A stretch of DNA of 64,000 nucleotides, from positions 32,001 to 96,000 of IMG/VR virus record IMGVR_UViG_3300020057_000029; one strand, given 5' to 3'. The notes beneath the pieces were generated by a model. It ran no database searches. It worked only from the letters and a program-made list of their open reading frames with translations, and was not told the DNA's origin. Position numbers and translations under genes: made by a program. The stretch comes from a virus. Of the stretch, positions 46,185 to 55,462 are shown piece by piece. Position 1 is the first letter of the stretch. Each line of letters starts with the position of its first letter.

Positions 46185-46790
46185 TTACTCCTTATTTGTT
46201 TTCTTATCGGCTAAAATAGTATCAGTCAAAACAGTACCAGTCAGGTCAGCCCCAGACAGGTCAGCCCCAGACAGGTTTGCCCCAGTCAGGTTTGCCTCAG
46301 ACAGGTCAGTATCAGCCAGGAAAGCCCTAGTCAGGTTTGCCCCAGTCAGGTCAGCCTCAGACAGGTTTGCCCCAGACAGGTTTGCCCCAGTCAGGTTTGC
46401 CCTAATCAGGTTTGCCCCGCGAAGGTTTGCCCTAATCAGGCCAGCCTGAGACAGGTTTGCCCCAGACAGGTCAGCCTTGGCCAGGATAGCCCCGAACAGG
46501 TTTGCCCCAGTCAGGTTTGCCCCAGACAGGTCAGCCCCAGACAGGATTGCCACGAAAAGGTCAGCCTCAGACAGGTTTGCCCCAGACAGGTTTGCCCCAG
46601 CAAGGTAGGCCCAAGCCAGGTCAGCCATAATCAGGTTTGCCCCAGCCAGGAAAGCCCCAGAAAGGTTTGCCTCAGACAGGTCAGCCACAAACAGGTTTGC
46701 CCCAGACAGGTTTGCCCTTTCCCCGCCTTTTTCATTGTTCAAAAACATAGCATGTAGTTTAAGGATATTGTCTAAAATTTGCTTTTCCAT
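46185..46790 (-). CDS. Pentapeptide-repeat protein 1
   Basis: 201 aa, same family. Confidence 0.93.
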   Translation of the reverse strand: MEKQILDNILKLHAMFLNNEKGGERANLSGANLFVADLSEANLSGAFLAGANLIMADLAWAYLAGANLSGANLSEADLFVAILSGADLSGANLTGANLFGAILAKADLSGANLSQAGLIRANLRGANLIRANLTGANLSGANLSEADLTGANLTRAFLADTDLSEANLTGANLSGADLSGADLTGTVLTDTILADKKTNKE

Positions 46791-46802
46791 ATTCGCTCTT
46801 TT

Positions 46803-47075
46803 CTATTTAAATTTTAGATACGTTTTTAAGTCTGTTAGGGATTTGAACTTGACCTTGAAGATGTCTGCCTGTATCTGTCCGGCAAAACTATCTGGATAGC
46901 TTCGCTGTACTACAAGCTTACCATCCGAAGAAGAGAATTCAACAAAAATTCTTTCAGATGCTTTGTTTATCGTTACCTTAAGCAAAAGGCCGCCCTCAAG
47001 ATCTTCCTGCTTCAAAATCTTGTCATCTAGCAGTGTTCCTGGTTTTCTAATTTTTTGATTGTCCAAAACGTTCAT
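46803..47075 (-). CDS. Hypothetical protein
   Basis: 90-aa ORF. Confidence 0.65.
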   Translation of the reverse strand: MNVLDNQKIRKPGTLLDDKILKQEDLEGGLLLKVTINKASERIFVEFSSSDGKLVVQRSYPDSFAGQIQADIFKVKFKSLTDLKTYLKFK

Positions 47076-47769
47076 TTAGTACCTTTCCTGTAGCCACAGC
47101 TGTAGCCTGACTAGTGCCTGTTAATCTGATATTACACCCTTTTACGTTTTCCCCTATCTCCCATCGAGTTACTGGTGTGCCGTAGTTAGAAGTAAACATC
47201 TTTTTGCCGTTGAGCCCAAGAGCGCCGACCACAATAATCCTTTTGTCGTAGCTCGCTGGAAAAACGTCACTCAGAGTCAAATCGACACCTGAATTCCCAG
47301 CCGCAGATACTATTGTAACACCATTGCCTAAAAGCCGTGCAATTATTTTTTGTTCTTTGTAGTTTGTTTGAGCGCCTTCGCTAGAATAATTGATCATATC
47401 TAATTTCAAGTTCAAGGCGTGCCGTAGCGCAGCATTAGAGGAATCGATTGATTCATTGTTTTTAAGATTCTTGCTATAATATTTAATGATCACCAGGCAG
47501 TAGTCGCCCTTGCCAGCAAATTTGGTTATAATGCCAGCAATATTAGTCCCATGACCATTGCTGTCTGATGGGACCGGGACTACTGTGCCAAATCTCATAG
47601 AGTATTCGTTATCACCAGAAAAGTCTTTGTGTCCGTAATTGCAGAGCTTTGCGCCCTTTGTCACACCGTGCCAACCAAAGCCAGTGTCGATGACCCCAAC
47701 TCTAACAGTCTTTCCGTAAGCTGGGAAAGCGGTTAAAAGTAGGGATAAAAGAAGAAATACGTGCTTCAT
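47047..47769 (-). CDS. Secreted subtilisin-like serine protease (S8)
   Basis: Signal peptide MKHVFLLLSLLLTAFPAYG; triad IDTG, HGT, GTS; oxyanion AAGN. Start taken as ATG 47769. Confidence 0.9.
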   Translation of the reverse strand: MKHVFLLLSLLLTAFPAYGKTVRVGVIDTGFGWHGVTKGAKLCNYGHKDFSGDNEYSMRFGTVVPVPSDSNGHGTNIAGIITKFAGKGDYCLVIIKYYSKNLKNNESIDSSNAALRHALNLKLDMINYSSEGAQTNYKEQKIIARLLGNGVTIVSAAGNSGVDLTLSDVFPASYDKRIIVVGALGLNGKKMFTSNYGTPVTRWEIGENVKGCNIRLTGTSQATAVATGKVLNERFGQSKN

Positions 47770-47775
47770 ATTGAA

Positions 47776-47804
47776 AGTATAACCAAGACGGAATGTTAAA
47801 TCAA
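47776..47804 (-). promoter_or_regulatory. Sigma70-like promoter, probably leaderless transcript
   Basis: TTGATT-17 nt-TATACT, 6 nt before ATG 47769; no RBS. Confidence 0.6.
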
Positions 47805-47813
47805 TGATAAAAA

Positions 47814-50800
47814 TCACCCTTCAACCGTAACACTCATAATTGACATGTCTTTTTTAGCTACTCGCTTTTTGAAGAAAAAAGTTGCTATTGCGCCTTTTTT
47901 GAGCTCTGGTGGATAAATAAGAATACCGCTGTCGTATTGCGGCCAAAGAACTTTCTCCGAGATGTAGCCATCGCAGTCCAAGATCAATTTAAGGGCTGAC
48001 TTTGTATTTTTAGAAAAGTCAAACTTTTTTGCATCAATTACATAGCAGGTAGCGGCTACGTAAATATCTTTGGTTACCTTGCAGGGGTCAATAAGATCCA
48101 GGCGTTCTAGCTCCGCGCCGCTTACAAGAGAGGTTTCATGTCCATTTGCGCTCATAACAACAATTTCTCTGCCATGTGAAACCAAGACTTTAGAAAATCT
48201 CGCTCCTAAAGACGTAGTGTCAATAGGCATACTTGGAAGTACGCTCTTGCGCATAGCAGCATCTTGCAGGGGATGAAGATTCATGTATTTCTCAGGCAAT
48301 GTGGCACCTGTTGGGGCCAATCCTCTGAATTTACGACCTTCAGACTCTGCCTTTGCGACCTTGTCACGATAAATTTTATTTTGGACCGCATTTTCATATG
48401 CCAATAGCTTTTCTGCCAAATTAGCAGTAGGTGGAAACAGACTGTCTAAAACGTTTACATGGATAAGCTTGTGAGTAAGCGAAGGTCCAGCAACTTCTTT
48501 GTTGACATAATCTGCAATATCCTTATAGGGCCTGCCAGAAACAATAGGGTCGATAGTAGCATCACCTAGCCCACGGATAATGCCGAGCTTAGAGCGAATT
48601 TTACCAAGACTATGATCCACCACCATTGTGTCCGTTGACAGATTGATATCAGGCGGCATCATCAGGTCTTTTACGTAAGACCAAAACTCACCAGTAATTT
48701 CTTTTTCATCAGCATTCGTTAGAACTGCTGCCCACCACTCTAGTGGGTAGTAATGCTTCAAGAACACTCCGGCGTAGGAAATCATAGCATAGGCAACTGA
48801 GTGGGACTTGTTAAAAGAGTAGCGAGAGCTCGTCTCCATCATATCCCAAATCTTATCAGCCTTCTCTTGGCCAATCTTAGGTACAGCAGTGCTCATAAAC
48901 ACGGGTTTCATGTTCAAAGCTTCCACTTTTAATTTCTTAGAGAACAGACGGCGTAATTTCTCAGCATCTGACGGGGTCATACCGCCAAGCTCTTTCGAGA
49001 TCTTAAGAGACTGCTCTTGGAACACGATGATGCCGTAGCTTTCTGGAATTAGGGCGGCTAGCTCTGGCAGGTCAGGGGTAGATCTGCCTTGACGACGCCA
49101 GTAGTATTCTTCGGCCATTGAGCGACCAGTTTTAGGGTCGATGTAATCCAATGGACCTGGGCGTACCAGGGCCAGAATGGTAGAAATGTCTTCAACTGAC
49201 TCAGGCTTGATCTCTTTGACGAAAGGAATCATTGCCTTGGTGCTGATCTGGAAGATAGTCTCAGTAGAACCAGTCCAGATGGATCGGTGAGCTTCCAGGT
49301 CTTCTGGCAAATCCCAAACGTAAGTTTCAGTGCCCTTGTGAGTAAAATATCCAGTCTTAGGCTTCTTGCCGTGTTTTTTGTTGATCAGATTTAGGCAAAC
49401 TTCAATATCTTTTAAGTTCTTAACTACGAGAAAGTCGTACTTGATAAGACCAGCTTGTTCACAGGCCTTTGCTTCATACTGCGTAATATTACCCTCTTTG
49501 GTAGGGACTATATCTCGAATCGGAATGTCAGATAGAACGAATGCAGAGGCGTGCTTAGAAAACGCCCTGGTAATACCCATCGCCCTGGATACGATAGCCC
49601 ACTCTTCAGGGCGCTCAGTAACGTACTTTTTAAGTTCATCGGAAATCTCAATAAGACCAGGGACGTGAGCGCCATCGTTCTCATAACCAAATACGAATTG
49701 GGAGTCTGTAACGCCCTGTGGAGGATCTGGAAGGCCGTCAGTAAGGCTTTCGATTGCTGGCTCTACCTTGCCTTTAAAGTACCTGTTTGTGTCCTTAATG
49801 GTCGATTTTAGGCGCAGAGTGTGGCGCGTAGAGATCTGAGCGGCTCGATTGCCGTATTTACCATAAAGATAGCCTGATTTAGCATCTTTTCCTACCAACA
49901 GTTCTCTATCCGCAAAATCAGAATCCACGTCAGGATAATCCCCATTGGCCAAACGATCATTGGACAGAAACCTAGGGAAAGAAAGTCCGTATTTTATCGG
50001 ATTTACCTGTGTAATTCCCAATAGATAGCAGAAAAGCGAACCTCCTGCAGAATTATGAACAGCGTAGTTGGAGGTTGTATAGCTATGGTCATCTTCTACT
50101 GTTATGTCAAAAACTCTATTTTCAGAAGTCTCTGAAACAGAAGTGATCTTGGCCATATACCCATCTTCATTTTCGAGCAATGTTTTGGATTTTGGGGTTT
50201 TTAATCCTTCAAATGTTATCTTATAAGACTCTCGGCAAATTTTGCCGCAGTTCACGTATCTGTAAGATTTTCTAGTATTCACAGAGCTTGGTATCTTTAA
50301 ATATAGAAGCGCTAGTTTTAACTCTCCAATCATCGTATCACTAGTAGAACGCATATGTTCTCTAGCAATGCCTCTTTTGAAATTTCTTGACATGTGACTG
50401 TCAGCGTCGAAAAGTCCGATCAAAAGGTTTTTCAATAAGCTGTCATTTAAATCTAGAAATTGACCCAAATACTTTGCATGTGATTTATATTTGTACTCAG
50501 GAAACAGATGTTTGAACAGGCCCGACAGTGTTTCTCCATACACAAGGGCTTGAACCAGTTTTTTAGTTTTGTGTTTTACAAAAGAAACGCTTAATCCGAG
50601 ACTTTTTGCCCATTCAGACAGCTCGTTAATTCCGTCTAGATCGTCGGAGTGATAAGCAATACCCCAACAAGCATGGTTTTTTTCCTGCTTGATCCAGCCA
50701 TTGCCTATCCATCTTCCTATGATTTTTGCGGTGATTTCGTCAAATTCAAACCATCTTTTGCATTCAAATATGTTTAAACTGTCCTTTGACATACTGTAAA

Positions 50801-52574
50801 AGAAACTGTTTTCTTCTAATTTTACTATTTTGCTTTTGCAAAATTTGGACAAATCAATCCTGTCCAGCGTTTTGATAACTCTTTTGGGCCAGGGAACAAA
50901 AAGCATGTCATTTTTTTTAAAATTATCAGCAATGCCCCAAGCTCTTGAGTCGATATCCGCTGATTCAAGTCTTCTGATTTTACTCTTATGTGAAGAGCTA
51001 TTTTTATAGAGCTCAGTCTCATGTCTTTTTATTCCTAAAAGTTTGTGATCTTTTGTTAATTTTATAGTTCCCCAACTGAACTCTGATTTGATTTCTAGAA
51101 GTTTTTCCTGTACGTCATAAGCCATTGTGTTTGTCACATGCTTTAAATTTCCAGAATGTCCAATTACCATGTCATTGACTGTAATATCTTCAAGATTTTT
51201 AAGACCCTTGTTCGTAAAAACTTTAGTATCACCGGCAAGGCATCCACGGGCGGGTCCAGTAAGCTGACCGTTGTCAGAGTAGTGCGTCATAATGTCGCAA
51301 ATAGGCAAGAAATAACCAGTCAAATCTTTGTTTGGGTTCTTTACAATAACCTGTATTTCTTCTTTTAAGCGATCAACCCAAACTGGATCATCCCATTTCA
51401 TTCGACCATTCTCTCGGATGATCTCCATAGCCCTTTTGATCTGATTTGGAGTGGAATCCACCAAGCGCCAATCGTACTTAAGAGTTAGGCCATTGAATTG
51501 TTCTGCCCAGCGACCATTCATGGCCAAAAGACCGTCCACGGATGCTGGGTTAAAACCCATTACGTTTGTGAGATAATTGCTAACCTCTTGAGCTGTTTTC
51601 ATATAGAAGCTAGAGTGAATATTATCATTGCCTTCTAAGCGCATGGTTTGTACGATTTTGTCGCCAGCGCTAGCATAATATGCATAGTCGGACACCATCA
51701 AATTGGCACCGTGCTTCCAAGAAAGGGCTTTTAAGAATTTATTCACCGTCAAGATAGCATCGCCGCCTGGAAGAGGCAGAAATCCCTTGTGAATCTTTAC
51801 GGAAGAGATCTTCTTGTTGACCTCGTTAAGCATTTTGTTGGAATAGCTGTTGATCAAAACAAAATGTCCAGATCTTTCTAGATCCTTAGCTTTCATCATC
51901 CTGGCCTTATTGGTCGTAACCATATCAGCCGCAAGCATAGACGTAGATGTTCCGTCATCAAACTTAACTTCAACTACGTTCTGCCACTTCTTTGACATTG
52001 GCTCTACAACAAGGGCACTCCAGACGCGATTGCCAAATATTTCCTTAATCTTTAAAAATACCTGCTCACCCTGAGCAGGCTTTCCCGCTAGAAGAACCTT
52101 CCCAACGATGCAATGCGGGCCACCAAGGACGACAGAAGTATTGAATTGAGCCATGTGCGCAAGATCCGCCCAGGCCCAGAGTTGTTGTTTTTCTTCGCGG
52201 ATTTGCGTGGTCGGGAAATGTTCTTTTGATACATGTTTAGATAACTCCTGATATGCAGTTTGGTCATGGCAATATAGCGAGATTGTGAAATACTTACACC
52301 GATCAGCATCTGAGCCGGTTACGATAGGACATTTAGAATCTTTGAAATAGACTTCGATACCAGGAATAAACTGGATATTGCGTTTTTGAGATTCCGTTGC
52401 TGATTTTGACTTGTCAGGCTTACAAAAACCCATTGCTTTCAGGGAAGATGACAAGTGACCATGGTCAGTATAGGCAAAGTAATCTCTGCCAAGTTCTTTG
52501 GCCTTATCGACAAGTGCTTTTACTGTAGATCCGGTAAGGGGGGATTCTGCATGGCAATGTGGGGAGGCTCGCAT
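47814..52574 (-). CDS. dnaE: DNA polymerase III alpha subunit with intein
   Basis: PHP motifs HCH, TDHG, PGIE; RG|SAGGS, YPDVDSDF, SKHASA, KYDFL, RPGP, FQEQ, YSFNKSH. Confidence 0.95.
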   Translation of the reverse strand: MRASPHCHAESPLTGSTVKALVDKAKELGRDYFAYTDHGHLSSSLKAMGFCKPDKSKSATESQKRNIQFIPGIEVYFKDSKCPIVTGSDADRCKYFTISLYCHDQTAYQELSKHVSKEHFPTTQIREEKQQLWAWADLAHMAQFNTSVVLGGPHCIVGKVLLAGKPAQGEQVFLKIKEIFGNRVWSALVVEPMSKKWQNVVEVKFDDGTSTSMLAADMVTTNKARMMKAKDLERSGHFVLINSYSNKMLNEVNKKISSVKIHKGFLPLPGGDAILTVNKFLKALSWKHGANLMVSDYAYYASAGDKIVQTMRLEGNDNIHSSFYMKTAQEVSNYLTNVMGFNPASVDGLLAMNGRWAEQFNGLTLKYDWRLVDSTPNQIKRAMEIIRENGRMKWDDPVWVDRLKEEIQVIVKNPNKDLTGYFLPICDIMTHYSDNGQLTGPARGCLAGDTKVFTNKGLKNLEDITVNDMVIGHSGNLKHVTNTMAYDVQEKLLEIKSEFSWGTIKLTKDHKLLGIKRHETELYKNSSSHKSKIRRLESADIDSRAWGIADNFKKNDMLFVPWPKRVIKTLDRIDLSKFCKSKIVKLEENSFFYSMSKDSLNIFECKRWFEFDEITAKIIGRWIGNGWIKQEKNHACWGIAYHSDDLDGINELSEWAKSLGLSVSFVKHKTKKLVQALVYGETLSGLFKHLFPEYKYKSHAKYLGQFLDLNDSLLKNLLIGLFDADSHMSRNFKRGIAREHMRSTSDTMIGELKLALLYLKIPSSVNTRKSYRYVNCGKICRESYKITFEGLKTPKSKTLLENEDGYMAKITSVSETSENRVFDITVEDDHSYTTSNYAVHNSAGGSLFCYLLGITQVNPIKYGLSFPRFLSNDRLANGDYPDVDSDFADRELLVGKDAKSGYLYGKYGNRAAQISTRHTLRLKSTIKDTNRYFKGKVEPAIESLTDGLPDPPQGVTDSQFVFGYENDGAHVPGLIEISDELKKYVTERPEEWAIVSRAMGITRAFSKHASAFVLSDIPIRDIVPTKEGNITQYEAKACEQAGLIKYDFLVVKNLKDIEVCLNLINKKHGKKPKTGYFTHKGTETYVWDLPEDLEAHRSIWTGSTETIFQISTKAMIPFVKEIKPESVEDISTILALVRPGPLDYIDPKTGRSMAEEYYWRRQGRSTPDLPELAALIPESYGIIVFQEQSLKISKELGGMTPSDAEKLRRLFSKKLKVEALNMKPVFMSTAVPKIGQEKADKIWDMMETSSRYSFNKSHSVAYAMISYAGVFLKHYYPLEWWAAVLTNADEKEITGEFWSYVKDLMMPPDINLSTDTMVVDHSLGKIRSKLGIIRGLGDATIDPIVSGRPYKDIADYVNKEVAGPSLTHKLIHVNVLDSLFPPTANLAEKLLAYENAVQNKIYRDKVAKAESEGRKFRGLAPTGATLPEKYMNLHPLQDAAMRKSVLPSMPIDTTSLGARFSKVLVSHGREIVVMSANGHETSLVSGAELERLDLIDPCKVTKDIYVAATCYVIDAKKFDFSKNTKSALKLILDCDGYISEKVLWPQYDSGILIYPPELKKGAIATFFFKKRVAKKDMSIMSVTVEG
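50052..51242 (-). mobile_element. Intein (~397 aa) with LAGLIDADG homing endonuclease in DnaE
   Basis: Starts CLAGDT, block B LTKDH, IGRWIGNG and LIGLFDADS, ends VFDITVEDDHSY...VHN followed by Ser. Confidence 0.95.
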
Positions 52575-52674
52575 TAAAAATACCTCTCAACATACTCAAC
52601 AAGATTGTGAACCAGTTCTTTAGTGATATCTGTTTTTAAGAACCCCAAGGTTCTATTACGTCTAGGACGGCTTT

Positions 52675-52932
52675 TCATTTCTTCAATTCTCCAGCGTAGT
52701 CTATGAAGGCTTTTATCACAGCTTCACGCGCTTTTCCTTCATATTCTGGCTCAGAATAGTGCCAACCAAAGGTTAGAACACTGCTTCTGTCGCCACTTAA
52801 ATCTAAAATCAATTCGTGACACCCATAGCTGTGGCTGTAGAAGTAATGGTTATCAGGACATTTCTCACTACCATCCTCGCTTAAGTCGCCAGATTTAATC
52901 AGCTCTTTCTTGCAGAAAGGACATGTGTTCAT
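52675..52932 (-). CDS. Hypothetical zinc-binding protein
   Basis: MNTCPFC...CPDNH. Start at ATG 52932 by ATGA coupling rather than ORF-track 53130. Confidence 0.6.
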   Translation of the reverse strand: MNTCPFCKKELIKSGDLSEDGSEKCPDNHYFYSHSYGCHELILDLSGDRSSVLTFGWHYSEPEYEGKAREAVIKAFIDYAGELKK

Positions 52933-53063
52933 AACATCCTGCTGGAAATGAACAGTAAAGCGCAGATTGCCGATACCGCTATACAGTGGTGACCTGTATA
53001 GTGCTGTACCCCAGCATATACTCCAGCCAACAATAGAATGTCCACGAGCATCGCGGTGTTCAT
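52929..53063 (-). CDS. Small membrane protein (44 aa, not in ORF track)
   Basis: Hand translation MNTAMLVDILLLAGVYAG...ALLFISSRML*; ATGA overlaps at both ends. Confidence 0.5.
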   Translation of the reverse strand: MNTAMLVDILLLAGVYAGVQHYTGHHCIAVSAICALLFISSRML

Positions 53064-53257
53064 TTTTTATCCATACAGTCTTTGCGGGCATATCTTTGAC
53101 ACACATCTTGCCCAGTATCGCTGTCCTCATAGCATACCATGATAGCTTGACGCCTACAACGCTCTTCCTTGTTTATCTCTGGGGTCAAAGGAACTGGCTT
53201 GACAATCTCAACAGGTGAGCATGATGTAAAAAGCAGGATTGTGAGCAAGTATTTCAT
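53060..53257 (-). CDS. Small lipoprotein
   Basis: MKYLLTILLFTSC lipobox-like signal; four further Cys. Confidence 0.65.
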   Translation of the reverse strand: MKYLLTILLFTSCSPVEIVKPVPLTPEINKEERCRRQAIMVCYEDSDTGQDVCQRYARKDCMDKK

Positions 53258-53439
53258 TTTATTTTCCAGATTTCATAATGCTTTTTCCAACGCATTTTCA
53301 TAATATTAGAAAATTTTCGTTTAGAAGACCTACCTTTATACTTATGGATAGCATGAGCCACAGTGTCATTAAACGTAACAACCTTCATCGTAACACCTAA
53401 ATCTTCTACAGTCAATAGACTGCCGCTTTCCAAGCTCAT
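53254..53439 (-). CDS. Hypothetical protein
   Basis: 61 aa with ATGA overlaps. Confidence 0.55.
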   Translation of the reverse strand: MSLESGSLLTVEDLGVTMKVVTFNDTVAHAIHKYKGRSSKRKFSNIMKMRWKKHYEIWKIK

Positions 53440-54068
53440 TCAGCCTCTAAAAGAGCAATAATATCTTGCCCACTAGAGTTTTGTTTCTTAGATTTCATTA
53501 GGTCAAGCACGGCCTTATATACGTCCAAACACATTAGGGTATCTTCTTTAGCATTGTGAGCTTCGCGCTTAGGCAGTCCAAGATAGTCCACGATAGGGCC
53601 AAGGGAAGCTGCCGTTGAAGGCCACCATCCTGAAGAGATGAAGAGCTCTGCCCAGTGCATTGTGTCTTTGCCTTTATGATGTACCAGGGCGGACCACTCG
53701 TCTTTTGGTATCAAATATTCCCAAATAAAATTAAGGTCAAATTGATAGTTTTGACCCAAAACCTTGAGATTGGACCAGCGACCGTTCTTCTTGAGGTATT
53801 TTTTGAGCAAATGTAAGATCAACACCTTAGCCTCTGCATACGTAACAAGGTCTGGACGTGCAAGATGGTCCTGTAAGTTAATACCATTCACCCTCAGGGC
53901 ACCCGCTTCAGCAACAGGGATGCGCCCGTCATTTGGCTTGAGAGCCAAGTTAAGCTCATCTACGATCTTCATGTCCTCATCTACAACGCACATATAGAAT
54001 GTGAGCATGTCGGCCTTCTTTTCGTCTAAGCCGCCTGTTTCTGAGTCTAGTGGTATCAAATAATTCAT
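53436..54068 (-). CDS. DEDDh 3'-5' exonuclease (DnaQ/epsilon-like)
   Basis: LDSETGG, GQN..FD, HNAKED. Confidence 0.9.
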   Translation of the reverse strand: MNYLIPLDSETGGLDEKKADMLTFYMCVVDEDMKIVDELNLALKPNDGRIPVAEAGALRVNGINLQDHLARPDLVTYAEAKVLILHLLKKYLKKNGRWSNLKVLGQNYQFDLNFIWEYLIPKDEWSALVHHKGKDTMHWAELFISSGWWPSTAASLGPIVDYLGLPKREAHNAKEDTLMCLDVYKAVLDLMKSKKQNSSGQDIIALLEAE

Positions 54069-54099
54069 TTTATCCTCTTTTCCGTCACCCGATATAAAA

Positions 54100-54582
54100 C
54101 TATCCCTTGGGATTTGCTGGCGTTTTCAACCAGGTCTTACACCCAAGACATGTTACTTCAAAATCGTGTTCAGTTACAGGAGCATTGTAGTCACTGTTTC
54201 CACAGGGAGACGGTGCGTCAAGCCCTGGTAATACCAGGTGAACCAAAGGTCGTTGGTTTAAAATGTCCCTTAGTTGTTGATTTTCGCCCTTTGATTCCTC
54301 AAGAATTTTTGTAAAAGCAGGGTCTTTAAACAATAAGGAAATATCATCAGGCACCAAAGAAGAGGGCTCATTGGTGTCGGTTCTGCACTTGAAAACAGCT
54401 TGCTTAAGCTTGTCTTGGATTTCACTTACATCTACAATGGTCTTATCATTGGTATAGCCAGCTTTCATAAGCTGGTTTAGAATATAATTGCCAGTATTTG
54501 GACGCACCTTAAGATCTGGATAGAAAACTTCTATAGCATTGTTTATAATACTCTCAGCGTCTTTTTTGTGTTTTTGACTCAT
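54100..54582 (-). CDS. Hypothetical protein with C-terminal zinc finger
   Basis: H...C...VTCLGC. Confidence 0.65.
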   Translation of the reverse strand: MSQKHKKDAESIINNAIEVFYPDLKVRPNTGNYILNQLMKAGYTNDKTIVDVSEIQDKLKQAVFKCRTDTNEPSSLVPDDISLLFKDPAFTKILEESKGENQQLRDILNQRPLVHLVLPGLDAPSPCGNSDYNAPVTEHDFEVTCLGCKTWLKTPANPKG

Positions 54583-55232
54583 CGGTGTTTATCCTCTTTG
54601 ATCTCCAAGACTGCTCCGCGAGCGCCATGAGAATCTCTATTATGGTCTTCCACCACGTTTTTGTCAAGATCTATAATTTTCAGCACACCTTTGTACCAAA
54701 CACAAAGTATACCTGTTTTCTTGGTTCCTACCAGGGTGTCACCGCGCTCTATAGCATCTGCACGGTCCAGCTTCTCCTGTTGCTGCAAACGGCCTAAATT
54801 TGCTAACTTATCGCAGCGCTCATTGTGTTCATTGCCATTGTGACCACGCACCCATTCGGTTTTACAATTAGTAAAATCTACAAGTGCCCGCAGTTCTTTG
54901 TATTTTTCGATTTTTTCTTGTTGTTTGAAGGAAAATTTGCCAGAAGTCCAGCCAAGCACAAGTTGTGAGTCTGATTTAACAGTTACTACAGGGGGTACTA
55001 TTCCTGCAACTTCAAGCAGGCCCAAGACTGGGCCGACTCTGAGGATAATCCTGTCAATAGCGGCCTTAAGCCCTTGAATAACAGCTTCCATCTCCGCATC
55101 ATTGTTGGTGGCGTTTGGCATATAGCCATTACCTTCGGAGTGTTTTACACCATCTACGATCAGCACAAACCCATATCCGCCAGGTTTGTCTGCCGTAGTA
55201 GCAGACCCGTCAGTAAATACTTCTATATGCAT
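54579..55232 (-). CDS. rnhA: Ribonuclease HI
   Basis: FTDGS, TNNDAE, SDSQ, WVRGHNGNEHNERCDKLA. Confidence 0.93.
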   Translation of the reverse strand: MHIEVFTDGSATTADKPGGYGFVLIVDGVKHSEGNGYMPNATNNDAEMEAVIQGLKAAIDRIILRVGPVLGLLEVAGIVPPVVTVKSDSQLVLGWTSGKFSFKQQEKIEKYKELRALVDFTNCKTEWVRGHNGNEHNERCDKLANLGRLQQQEKLDRADAIERGDTLVGTKKTGILCVWYKGVLKIIDLDKNVVEDHNRDSHGARGAVLEIKEDKHR

Positions 55233-55249
55233 CTATAGAGTGTATATCA

Positions 55250-55462
55250 CTATTCAGACATTTTCAAGCGTAATTGTGCGATTGATTCTTGGTATATTGC
55301 TTCGATTTCTTCTTCAGTCATGAGCAACACTCTGGCGATAACGGTGTTCTCTACACCATCTGGATTTTTAGACATAAATTTAGAAAGGGAATTGCTCATC
55401 TTAGGGCAACGGATATAGTCCTCTTCTTCGACAATCTTTTTTACAATTTCAATTTTATCCAT
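55250..55462 (-). CDS. Small HTH protein (sigma region-4-like)
   Basis: MDKIEIVKK... ENTVIARVLLMTEEEIEAIYQESIAQLR pattern; start at ATG 55462. Confidence 0.55.
   Translation of the reverse strand: MDKIEIVKKIVEEEDYIRCPKMSNSLSKFMSKNPDGVENTVIARVLLMTEEEIEAIYQESIAQLRLKMSE

Noticed and set aside
43356-46449. Plus-strand repetitive ORFs (RFAPD, QSGLP, VCLRQ repeats)
   Set aside because: Antisense shadows of the 15-nt pentapeptide repeats, with no RBS context.
43448-46790. CRISPR-like or non-coding repeat array
   Set aside because: The repeats are contiguous 15-mers without spacers and are in frame within genes that have RBS, start and stop.
47770-47817. ORF-track N-terminal extensions (also 15589, 9863, 53130, 55579, 10562)
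   Set aside because: Downstream ATGs fit the RBS, translational coupling, promoter position or signal peptide better.
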